DNA of 32,000 nt from Aeropyrum pernix K1 (GTDB taxonomy: Archaea; Thermoproteota; Thermoprotei_A; Sulfolobales; Acidilobaceae): the NCBI RefSeq assembly GCF_000011125.1, contig NC_000854.2, positions 1,110,001 through 1,142,000 of the forward strand, in the 5' to 3' direction. The notes beneath the pieces are model-generated. The model saw only the letters and a program-made list of their open reading frames with translations. It searched no databases and was not told the DNA's origin. Below, in pieces: positions 18,973 through 26,913 of the stretch; the stretch's first letter is position 1, and every line of letters starts with the position of its first letter. Made by a program: the position numbers and the translations under genes.

Positions 18973-21054
18973 TTGCGTCGGCGCGGCTCCAGCGGTAGGG
19001 GTAGGTGCTTCAAGCCGGCGGCATTCATCGCCGTGGTTGCTGAGAAGCCTAAGGCGGCTGCTAAGATAGCCTATGCCCTGTCAGACGGCCGGGGTGTCCT
19101 GAGGTGTAGCGAGTACGGAGTACCCTACTGGATAGTCCGCAGGGATGGAGCCGCCATAGTAGTCGCTCCCTCAGCGGGCCACCTCTTCGGCCCCCACACA
19201 GACTCTAGGGGCTTCCCCGTGTTCGACTTCGAGTGGCGCCCTATCTTCGAGTTCGACAGGGGAGCGGGGTACCTCTCCAAGTTCTACCGCATGCTTTCAA
19301 GAATACTGCCCGGCGCTAGCCTCTACGTTAACGCCTGCGACTACGACATCGAGGGCAGCGTTATAGGTTTCAAAATAATAGAGGCCTTCGGAGACGTAAA
19401 CAGGGCTAGGAGGATGAAGTTCTCGACACTAGCCCCGCAGGACATTAGGAGGGCCTACGCCAGGATGGAAAGGCTGGATGTCGAGATGATAGAGGCGGGT
19501 ATGGCTAGGAGCGAGATGGACTGGCTCTGGGGTATCAACGTGTCGAGGGCCCTCATGGAAGCTGCCAGGAGGGCGGCGGGCAGGAGGGTCATACTTAGCG
19601 CCGGGAGGGTGCAGAGCCCCACTCTTGTAGAGGCCTACAGGAGGTGGAGGGAGATAAACCTCCACGTCCCCAAGGCTTCTGTCGCGGTGAAGATAACCGC
19701 CGAGAAGGGTGGAGGCGTTTTCGACGCCAGGCCGCACGGCTGGAAGCCCCAATCCCTCGAGACAGCCAGATCTATAAAGAGCGAGCTCAGGAAAAACCCC
19801 TGGCTAGCCGTGGAGGAGGTTAGGAGTGAGAGGAGCATCCTGAGGCCCCCTCCCGCGTTTAACCTGGGCGACCTGCAGAAGGAGGCTAATAGGATACTGG
19901 GTCTGCCGCCCCTCAGGACGCAAAGCATAGCTGAGGAGCTCTACCTGGAAGCCCTCATAAGCTATCCACGCACCAACAGCCAGAAGCTCCCTCCCTCCAT
20001 AAACTACAGGGCCATACTGGACAAGCTGGCCCATGGACCTCTAGGCAGGGAGGCGAGGGAGCTTCTGAAGGAGACGGGAGGCGTGCTGAGGCCTGTCCAG
20101 GGATCTAAAGACGACCCAGCCCACCCGGCGATACACCCGACGGGTGAGAAGCCTAGCCAGCGCCTCTCTAAGGAGCATATGGCTGTTTACGAGCTCATAG
20201 TTCGGAGGTTCCTGGCAGCGTTCAGCAGGGAAGCAATAGTTAGCAAGTCGTCAGTGCTGCTGAGAGACTTCCAGGGGAGGGTCTGGAGGGCTGAGGGTCT
20301 GAGGGTTGAGGACCTCGGCTGGCTCAAGTACTACCACTACAGCACGCCGGGCGAGAAGCCTATGCCCCCTCTAGACAGGGGTGATAAGGCTAGGGTTGTC
20401 AGGGTCGATGTCAGGGTGGAGTGGAGCCAGACGCCGGTGAGGCTGGACAAGGCAAGCCTGCTCAGATGGATGGAAAGTGTAAACATAGGTACTGAGGGCA
20501 CAAGAGCTAGGATTATTGAGACTCTCTACAAGAGAGGCTATCTTGAGGGGTCTAGGAAGTCCGAAGTGACACCCCTAGGGGAAGCAGTGGCCGTCATAAT
20601 CCAGACCCTATTCCCAGAGCTCTCCAAGCCGGACCTAACCAGGAGGTTCGAATCCATGATCGAAGACATCCGCAGCGGCCGTAGAACCAGGCAGGAGGTC
20701 ATAGATATGTCGAAGAAAACAATCTCGAAACTCCTGGAGAGCTTCCTAGACAGGCTCGACACCGCCGTCAGGGAGATAGGCGTCTCCCTAGGCAGCGTAG
20801 AGGTGGAGGCCGCCTGCCACCTATGCGGTAGGAAGGCTGTTTCGGCGGTAAGTGGCTACAGACTCTGCAGCCACCATATGGAGGCGTTCGATAGGCTTAG
20901 AAAGGCCCTACCTAATCTTGCCTCGACAATATCCTCGACCCCTAGGGAGGCCCTGGAGGCCATAGCCAGGGGCAGGTCCAGGGCGGGGGCCTGGGTGAGA
21001 GATGTGGCGGCCCTGGCGCTGAGAGACGACGGGCTGTACAAAGCCCTATTGTGA
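18973..21054 (+). CDS. topA: DNA topoisomerase I, type IA
   Basis: VVAEKPKAAAKIAYAL, NACDYDIEGSVIGFKI (Toprim), LSAGRVQSPTLVEAYRRW, EALISYPRTNSQKLP (catalytic Tyr), HPAIHPTGE. C-terminal CHLCGRKAVSAVSGYRLCSHH metal-binding-like knuckle. The start codon is uncertain. Confidence 0.93.
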   Translation: MRRRGSSGRGRCFKPAAFIAVVAEKPKAAAKIAYALSDGRGVLRCSEYGVPYWIVRRDGAAIVVAPSAGHLFGPHTDSRGFPVFDFEWRPIFEFDRGAGYLSKFYRMLSRILPGASLYVNACDYDIEGSVIGFKIIEAFGDVNRARRMKFSTLAPQDIRRAYARMERLDVEMIEAGMARSEMDWLWGINVSRALMEAARRAAGRRVILSAGRVQSPTLVEAYRRWREINLHVPKASVAVKITAEKGGGVFDARPHGWKPQSLETARSIKSELRKNPWLAVEEVRSERSILRPPPAFNLGDLQKEANRILGLPPLRTQSIAEELYLEALISYPRTNSQKLPPSINYRAILDKLAHGPLGREARELLKETGGVLRPVQGSKDDPAHPAIHPTGEKPSQRLSKEHMAVYELIVRRFLAAFSREAIVSKSSVLLRDFQGRVWRAEGLRVEDLGWLKYYHYSTPGEKPMPPLDRGDKARVVRVDVRVEWSQTPVRLDKASLLRWMESVNIGTEGTRARIIETLYKRGYLEGSRKSEVTPLGEAVAVIIQTLFPELSKPDLTRRFESMIEDIRSGRRTRQEVIDMSKKTISKLLESFLDRLDTAVREIGVSLGSVEVEAACHLCGRKAVSAVSGYRLCSHHMEAFDRLRKALPNLASTISSTPREALEAIARGRSRAGAWVRDVAALALRDDGLYKALL

Positions 21055-21087
21055 GTCCGCCTCCGCCCAATGTGCAGGGGGTGTGGC

Positions 21088-21570
21088 CTAGGAGTACAAG
21101 CTCTCTAGGAGTATCTTCACTATGCCTATATATGGTATCTTCACAGGGATCCCGGACACCTCAAAAACCTTGCCCAGTATGGCGTCCTCGGGGATGCCCA
21201 CGCTGTAGCCCACGCCCTCTATTGCGACGGGGCTGCACCTGACGGGGTCGCCCATGTCTGTTATTGGGTTGTTGTCGCCCTTCACCACGTAGCACTCAAA
21301 ACCGCTTTCACTCTGGTACACGGCGATGATCCTATGTATTATAAGTCTGTCGCCCTTCCTGTAGACCACAATATCTCCTACGCTATAATCGCCTTTGTCA
21401 ATAATGACAACCAGATCCCCGCTGTGGAGTATGGGCTCCATGCTCCTCCCCTGAACTACTGCGAAGCCGGCCCCGAATACGACGCCTGCTACGTAGAGCA
21501 TAACTGTCACTACTATAAGGAGGGTTGACACGAGCTGCAGAGTCTTGGCAAGCCTAGAAGCTGACGGCAC
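21088..21570 (-). CDS. Signal peptidase I (archaeal S26B type)
   Basis: N-terminal transmembrane helix, VVQGRSMEPILHSGDLVVI (catalytic Ser), YRKGDRLIIHRIIAV and GDNNPITD. Confidence 0.93.
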   Translation of the reverse strand: MPSASRLAKTLQLVSTLLIVVTVMLYVAGVVFGAGFAVVQGRSMEPILHSGDLVVIIDKGDYSVGDIVVYRKGDRLIIHRIIAVYQSESGFECYVVKGDNNPITDMGDPVRCSPVAIEGVGYSVGIPEDAILGKVFEVSGIPVKIPYIGIVKILLESLYS

Positions 21571-21679
21571 TACTCTGCCCCCGCATCCCCAAACTATCCA
21601 GCAATCTGGAGGGTTTCAAACAGCCTTAACATCTATTATTCTCCCCTATAGTACCAAGCTAATTGTAAGGCGCGGAAGA

Positions 21680-22369
21680 ATGGGTAGCATTGAGATCAGC
21701 GTAGAGGAGCCCCTGCTGAAGCTTGGTGTCAGGCTTGTCTACAGGGTTTTCGACGGCGTGTCGGTAGGAGAGTCGCCTGGAGAGCTTGTCGAGATTCTTA
21801 GATCTGTTGAGGACGAGACTAAGAGGCTTTTCAGAGGTCCCGAGGCTCTGAAGGACGATCCCAGGGTTAAGGCCTATAGGAGGTTCCTGTGGAGGCTAGG
21901 CATAGATCCTACTAAGGTTAGGCCTAGCAGCGAGGCTCTAGCCCGCAGGGTTTTAAGGGGCTCTAGTATACCTCTCATAAACAATGTTGTTGACGCCGGA
22001 AACATCGCCAGCCTCAAGACCTTGGTTCCTATAGGGCTCTACGATCTCGACACTGTAAAGCCTCCCCTCAAGCTCGCCCTCAGCCGTGGAGGCGAGGTGT
22101 TCGAGCCTATAGGCGGGAAGCACCAGAGCCTCCCACAAGGCTACCCCATACTGGTTGACTCGCGGGGTCTGGTTATGCACATCTACCCCCATAGAGATTC
22201 TAGGGTGTCGATGATAACATCGTCGACCAGAAGGGTGCTCGCTGTTGCGGCGGGTGTTGAGGGGGTTGGCATGGATGATCTCAGGAGGGCTATAGAGATG
22301 TTGTCCGAGCTTCTAGAGAGGTTTGCGGGTGGAGAGCCTCTTGGGCCCGCCGTTGAGGTGGGAGGATGA
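21680..22369 (+). CDS. B3/B4 tRNA-binding domain protein (PheRS beta-like B3/4)
   Basis: RVKAYRRFLWRLGIDPTKVRPSSEALARRVLRG and INNVVDAGNIASLKTLVPIGLYDLD are typical of stand-alone B3/4 proteins. The internal ATG at 21680 is preferred because the longer ORF overlaps the divergent signal peptidase gene. Confidence 0.82.
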   Translation: MGSIEISVEEPLLKLGVRLVYRVFDGVSVGESPGELVEILRSVEDETKRLFRGPEALKDDPRVKAYRRFLWRLGIDPTKVRPSSEALARRVLRGSSIPLINNVVDAGNIASLKTLVPIGLYDLDTVKPPLKLALSRGGEVFEPIGGKHQSLPQGYPILVDSRGLVMHIYPHRDSRVSMITSSTRRVLAVAAGVEGVGMDDLRRAIEMLSELLERFAGGEPLGPAVEVGG

Positions 22370-23172
22370 TGATTGACGCTGAGCAGCTTAGGAGGGTTAG
22401 TGTGAAGGTCTCCTCTGAGACTGCAGGGCTTCTCAGGGATCTAGCGTGCAGCGAGGACCTGGGCAGAGTTGTATCGGGTGAGACGACTGTAGCCGACAAG
22501 AGGGCTGAAGACTATATCTTGGATCTGCTGCGAAGAGAGCTAGGCCAAGTCCAGGTCATAAGCGAGGAGGCTGGAGGCGTGGCTTCAAAAACGTCTGACG
22601 CGCCCATAGCCCTCGTAGACCCGCTGGACGGGAGCACGAACTACCTCTCGTGCATTACATGGTGTTCTGTCAGCGTTGCATTCGCCGACCCTCGGAGCGG
22701 CGAGATTCTCGCAGGATCGGTAGCCCCCGTCTACGCCGGTATGCCGGTCTCCTTCGCACGCGGCAAGGGCTGTTATCATGGGGGGTTAAAGGTTGAAGAC
22801 CCCAGTATACGGGGGTCGATAATATCGGTCTACGTCGACGAGCCTGGGGCTATAGAGTCTGTGGCAGGCGCCATAGGCAGGTTGAAGGGTGTGAGGAGGG
22901 ACTTCAAAGTCAGGAGTCTAGGCAGCGCCGCCCTCGAGCTTGCCTACACCGCCATCGGCTATATAGCTGTGTTTGCAGACCTTAGGGCGAGGCTCCGCAA
23001 CATAGATGTGGCCGCTGCTGTCGGCGCTGTTAGAGAGTGTGGCGGAGTTGTTACCGACGCGCACGGCCAGCCTCTTAGGATCGGCGTGTGGCGCGTCGAG
23101 CGCGTGGGCAGCGTGGTGGCTTCGCTGGACGAGGCCTTAGCTAGGATTGCTGTTGGAGGCGGGAGTGGATAA
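22366..23172 (+). CDS. Inositol monophosphatase / fructose-1,6-bisphosphatase family phosphatase
   Basis: SEEAGG, ALVDPLDGSTNYL and the C-terminal AAVGAVRECGGVVTDAHG. Overlaps the upstream gene by an ATGA junction. Confidence 0.92.
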   Translation: MMIDAEQLRRVSVKVSSETAGLLRDLACSEDLGRVVSGETTVADKRAEDYILDLLRRELGQVQVISEEAGGVASKTSDAPIALVDPLDGSTNYLSCITWCSVSVAFADPRSGEILAGSVAPVYAGMPVSFARGKGCYHGGLKVEDPSIRGSIISVYVDEPGAIESVAGAIGRLKGVRRDFKVRSLGSAALELAYTAIGYIAVFADLRARLRNIDVAAAVGAVRECGGVVTDAHGQPLRIGVWRVERVGSVVASLDEALARIAVGGGSG

Positions 23173-23175
23173 GCT

Positions 23176-24036
23176 TTGGACGCCGCGGCGGGAGCCAGGC
23201 CTATGTGCAGTGTTTGCGGCGTCAGACCGGCTGTCTTCTACAGGAGGTTCAGCGGCCACCGGCTGTGCAGCAGGTGTATGAGGACCTCGCTCGAGAGGGG
23301 GGTCAAGAGGAGTCTCCGCGGCTCGAACGTTTTCAGGCCGGGGGTTAGCATCCTTGTCTACCCCTCTGCCACTAGCCCCCCATCTAGCCTGGCATTCGCC
23401 AGGCTAGTTGGCCTCGTTGAGAGGAGTTATGGGGGGAGAGTCTATACAGTGTTGCCCAGCTATTTTAGTGCCCGCCAAGGGCTTAACCTGCTCAAGGATG
23501 TCGTTGAGCTTGTTGAGCCGCCACCGCCGGTGGAGAGAGCTGCCGGGCGTCTTGAGGACGAGGTGTGGGCGCCCAGGCTTTTGAGATTGGAGAGGGGTTT
23601 AGCCTCCGTTTCCGCCGAGCTGTTAGGGGTTGACGCAGCGGTCCTACCCGTGTCTAGAACCGTCATAAGCATGGCTGGCCTTGAAGCCCTGATATCTTCT
23701 AGACTACACTACATGTGGGATCTTGACGTCGCAGAGGCGGGAGGCGGCAGGCCCGTTGTGCTGGGGCTTAGGAGTGTTGAGGCCGAACTCATAGCGGGGT
23801 ATGCAGCGCTAGAGAGTTTCGACGCCACGTCCAGAGTGAGGCCAAAGTATGTTTACAAGCACGTGTACAAAGCCCTGGTCACCGACGACAAGCCGGAGCT
23901 GGAGTTCAGCAGCTCCTCCACTATAAGCCTTCTGGCGCGCGCCTCGAAGATCAGTGGTTGCAAGTGTCGAGCCTGCGGCGCTCCAGTCCCATGTGGAAGC
24001 AAGTACTGCGAGGACTGCCATACTATATGGGTTTGA
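23176..24036 (+). CDS. TtuA/Ncs6-like protein without a recognisable PP-loop ATPase motif
   Basis: N-terminal CSVCGVRPAVFYRRFSGHRLCSRCMRTSLERGVKRSL and C-terminal CKCRACGAPVPCGSKYCEDC match the zinc fingers of the TtuA/Ncs6 family. The SGGKDS region reads ILVYPSATSPPSSLAFARL. Confidence 0.72.
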   Translation: MDAAAGARPMCSVCGVRPAVFYRRFSGHRLCSRCMRTSLERGVKRSLRGSNVFRPGVSILVYPSATSPPSSLAFARLVGLVERSYGGRVYTVLPSYFSARQGLNLLKDVVELVEPPPPVERAAGRLEDEVWAPRLLRLERGLASVSAELLGVDAAVLPVSRTVISMAGLEALISSRLHYMWDLDVAEAGGGRPVVLGLRSVEAELIAGYAALESFDATSRVRPKYVYKHVYKALVTDDKPELEFSSSSTISLLARASKISGCKCRACGAPVPCGSKYCEDCHTIWV

Positions 24037-24243
24037 GAGTGCACATATATGGCTCTGGGCTCGGGAGGATAGGCGCGTGGGATGACGAGCGGGGATCCGT
24101 ATTCGTATCGTGAGTGTTGTAAGCGTGGCGTCCGGAGCCCGCCTAAGGGCTGTGACGTCGAGGGCCGGCGCTACTGACCCTGGAGTTTTCCACGTTTAAA
24201 TCCTGCTAAATCCAGATAAAGATAGTTGGTGGCTCGTGCTGTG

Positions 24244-24483
24244 ATGGCGGAAGCTATTGTCGCCTACGTTCTGATAAACGTTGACGTTGGGAAGGAGAAG
24301 GAGGTGTTGGAGGAGATTCTGAAGAGGTATGGCAGGAATGTGACGGAGGCTAGGGTCACCTACGGGGATTTCGACCTGATTGTGAGGCTGGAGGCCGGCA
24401 ACATGAGGCTCCTGGACAAGATAGTCACCGGCATCAGGAGCATACCCGGGGTTCTCAGGACTACCACCCTCATAGCCTCCTAG
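24244..24483 (+). CDS. Stand-alone Lrp/AsnC ligand-binding (RAM) domain protein
   Basis: AIVAYVLINVDVGKEKEVLEEILKRYGRNVTEARVTYGDFDLIVRLEA...SIPGVLRTTTLIA is a typical RAM domain. Preceded by a TATA-like GTTTAAAT at about 24194. Confidence 0.9.
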   Translation: MAEAIVAYVLINVDVGKEKEVLEEILKRYGRNVTEARVTYGDFDLIVRLEAGNMRLLDKIVTGIRSIPGVLRTTTLIAS

Positions 24484-25540
24484 CCTCCTGCGGGACCGGG
24501 TACCTCAGAAGCGCTATTACTCCGCCGAAGCTCACGAGCCTCTCCCCCGCGGGCGAGTCGCCCGGGATTATTATGACTCTCCCCCCCATAGATTCTACGA
24601 GCCTCAGGGCCTCGTCAACAGCCTCCCTCACCGCATCGTCCGGGGAGTGGAGGAGGGTGTCTACGAGGAGCACTGTATCGACAGCTCCCATCCGGGCGAC
24701 GGCGAGGACCTCGCCGGGTGTGTAGGCCACCGTATCTCTAGATTTCGCTATCCTCCTGAGAAACTCTTCAAGCACTCCCTCCGCCTCCACTATGCTCAGC
24801 TCCCTCAGAATCCTCGTCACACTCTCCCTCCTGAGGGCTTCTCTAACCCCTGCTACCCCTCCCATGGATGTGTCTACTGTAGCTACCTTGAGCGAGGGCA
24901 TGGCTCGCTGCACCTTCTCGGCGACACTAGTCTTGAGCTGTCCGGGGCCTGCGATAACGGCAATAGGAGACCTGTGCCTAGCCGCCTCCTCTACTATCCT
25001 CTTCGCAGCCCGGTCCACATACTTCTCTACCTCCTGCTCCCGCGACGGATCATCCTTTCCGGGGAGCCTAGCAGAAGTGTCTTCGAGAATCTTCATGCCG
25101 TGCCCAGCTAGCACAGCAAGGGCGAACTCGTCGTAGTCTACCGCAGCTATTACAGCAGTACCCCTTGCCCTTCCCGAGGCAAGCCTTTCCAGCTCCTGCT
25201 CGCTCCACCCCTTATCCCTCTCAACTACAAGCCAGGTCCCTATCGAGACAGCCGTGGAGTGGCGCCTTCCCTTCACGCCAAACTCGTCCGGCCCCTCAAC
25301 GACTATCCCACTTATCCTCAGCTTCCCCGTGAAAGGCTGAAACTCTATGGAGTCGAGTCTTATCCTGAGTGTCATGACAACTCTCTCCTTCCTGCCCGAG
25401 CCGACCGGGACGTCTCTGGAGGTGCGTATCCTAACGACATCGCCGGGCCTAAGCGTTATCCTCAGCAGCCAGAGGTCCTCCTCGCTCTCCGGCCTAAGCC
25501 TCACTATCCTCCTTTTATTGTCGAGGACCTCGACGCGCAA
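24470..25540 (-). CDS. pelA: mRNA surveillance protein pelota
   Basis: ESEEDLWLLRITLRPGDVVRI, SIGTWLVVERDKGWS, FEQPFTGKLRI-like segment, PGQLKTS and AVDTVLLVDTLL. TTG start. Confidence 0.95.
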   Translation of the reverse strand: MRVEVLDNKRRIVRLRPESEEDLWLLRITLRPGDVVRIRTSRDVPVGSGRKERVVMTLRIRLDSIEFQPFTGKLRISGIVVEGPDEFGVKGRRHSTAVSIGTWLVVERDKGWSEQELERLASGRARGTAVIAAVDYDEFALAVLAGHGMKILEDTSARLPGKDDPSREQEVEKYVDRAAKRIVEEAARHRSPIAVIAGPGQLKTSVAEKVQRAMPSLKVATVDTSMGGVAGVREALRRESVTRILRELSIVEAEGVLEEFLRRIAKSRDTVAYTPGEVLAVARMGAVDTVLLVDTLLHSPDDAVREAVDEALRLVESMGGRVIIIPGDSPAGERLVSFGGVIALLRYPVPQEARRL

Positions 25541-25576
25541 ACCCTATCCACCCACAATAAAACTGGGGCAGAAACA

Positions 25577-26692
25577 CTAAGCTGTAACTTTCTGTATCGG
25601 ACTGTATCTTTCTATACCGCGTAGGGCTATTAGGTAGGCTGATGTTGAATGCCTATCTAAGCCGTATCTCTTCATTATCTTATCGTGTTCTTCAGAATGC
25701 GTCGTCCTCCTTGGGTCTACATATTCTACCCTAATAGCATATAGTGGTGTTTTCATAGTTATCATTTCTATTATTCTACTCCTGAATACAGAGACTCTCC
25801 AGTTGTAGTTCCTATGTAGTCTCTTACCATTTCTTATCCAAAGCAGTTTTAGTTTCCCGAGTACATCTGGGTTCTCTAGGAATAATGTTTTGACTCCATG
25901 ATGATAGGCGTATTTAAGCATATCGTGAACAGTCATCCCTATAATGCTTCTTGCCCTCCTACTTCTACATCCCTTTCTTGATGCTTCCTCAAACCAGAAA
26001 GTCTTTACATGCCTTAGCCTACCATACCTATCAACTACTGCTAGGTTGGCTCTATCAACGTTAACATCTACACCGCCGTAGAGTTTCCCATAGTTTCTCC
26101 TATATCTAGTCATATGCTTGTAGTAGAAGTCTATGGGTATTGTAAGCTGTATCTCTCCATGAACCCACAGCCTGTTTTTCCTAACACCATAATCCTTGAT
26201 AACTATTCTAGCTGTATGTTTCTGTCTCTCTTCGAGAATCTTGTCGAGCAAAACCTTGTAGTTCTTGGGTATTGTGGGCTTAACAACTATTCTATCCTTT
26301 TCTCCATTGTAGCCTATAGTTGTTATGTAGAAGCTGTAGTCATCCTTTAGGGTAATGTTCCTTACTGGATATTCCTTCTCAGCCTGCTGAAACATCAGCC
26401 AATCTCCAAGCTCTACCTCTTTGAAGCCAACTCCCAGTTGTCTGCAAGACTCGTAAATTCCACGTACAAGCGTGATAACTCCATCAACATACCTACGATT
26501 AGGTATCACCTCATAGATTGCCTTCCTAAAGGTGTTTTTCCAGCCAATGTCAGTAGCAGGTAGTATGGGTGTTTGCTTGGCTAAACTGAGCATTCTATGA
26601 GTAGCAGTCTTAAACAACCATGCAGTACTGAACAAGTCCCCAGCTTCGCCACCTCCAACATTAAATGGTAGTGTAAGCGTTATGTAGCTCAT
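25577..26692 (-). mobile_element. TnpB-like (IS200/IS605 OrfB family) RuvC nuclease homologue, zinc-ribbon-less, no TnpA partner
   Basis: RuvC-I GGVDVNVDRANLAVVD, RuvC-II TLFLENPDV, RuvC-III YGLDRHSTSAYLIALRG. The first Met of the conserved-looking body is at 26692. The ORF track extends it to 26833 through the structured GC-rich region. Confidence 0.75.
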
Positions 26693-26713
26693 ATTGGGGA
26701 ATCCCCAATAAAA

Positions 26714-26737
26714 CTTATAAGGCTTGAAGCTTATAAA
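26714..26737 (-). promoter_or_regulatory. Tandem TATA-like boxes for the TnpB-like gene
   Basis: On the minus strand GGTTTATAAGCTTCAAGCCTTATAAG. The two TATA boxes are centred at about 26733 and 26717, the latter about 25 nt from the ATG at 26692. Confidence 0.5.
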
Positions 26738-26744
26738 CCTAACC

Positions 26745-26808
26745 CGGTGACCCCGGGGTTCCCGAGGGAAGCCCCCAGGGGCTTCCGTAGGCGGCCCCGG
26801 GGAGACCG
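26745..26808 (-). repeat. Nested inverted-repeat element, candidate structured RNA or IS200/605-like end
   Basis: Outer arms CGGTGACCCCGGGG (26745-26758) and CCCCGGGGAGACCG (26795-26808) pair 12/14. The inner perfect hairpin is GGAAGCCCC-CA-GGGGCTTCC (26767-26786). Confidence 0.6.
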
Positions 26809-26913
26809 TGATGAACCCAGCCGTGCCCGACACAACCTGCTATAATTTGTTACATGAAGGCACGGTTTGGGTGAACGGCTTATTTAGAGGCTCTGCAGGA
26901 TTATGGGGTGTTG

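Noticed and set aside
20640-20665. GGTTCGAATCC tRNA T-loop-like sequence
   Set aside because: It lies inside the topoisomerase coding sequence and no matching acceptor, anticodon or D arms are visible.
26806-26830. GTGATGA on the plus strand as a C box
   Set aside because: No CUGA D box within the expected distance, and the sequence is better explained by the adjacent inverted repeats.
26693-26833. N-terminal extension of the TnpB-like ORF (MSGTAGFITVSPGPPTEAPGGF...)
   Set aside because: This part translates the structured inverted-repeat and promoter region. The TATA-like boxes lie inside it and the protein body starts naturally at MSYITLTLPF (26692).
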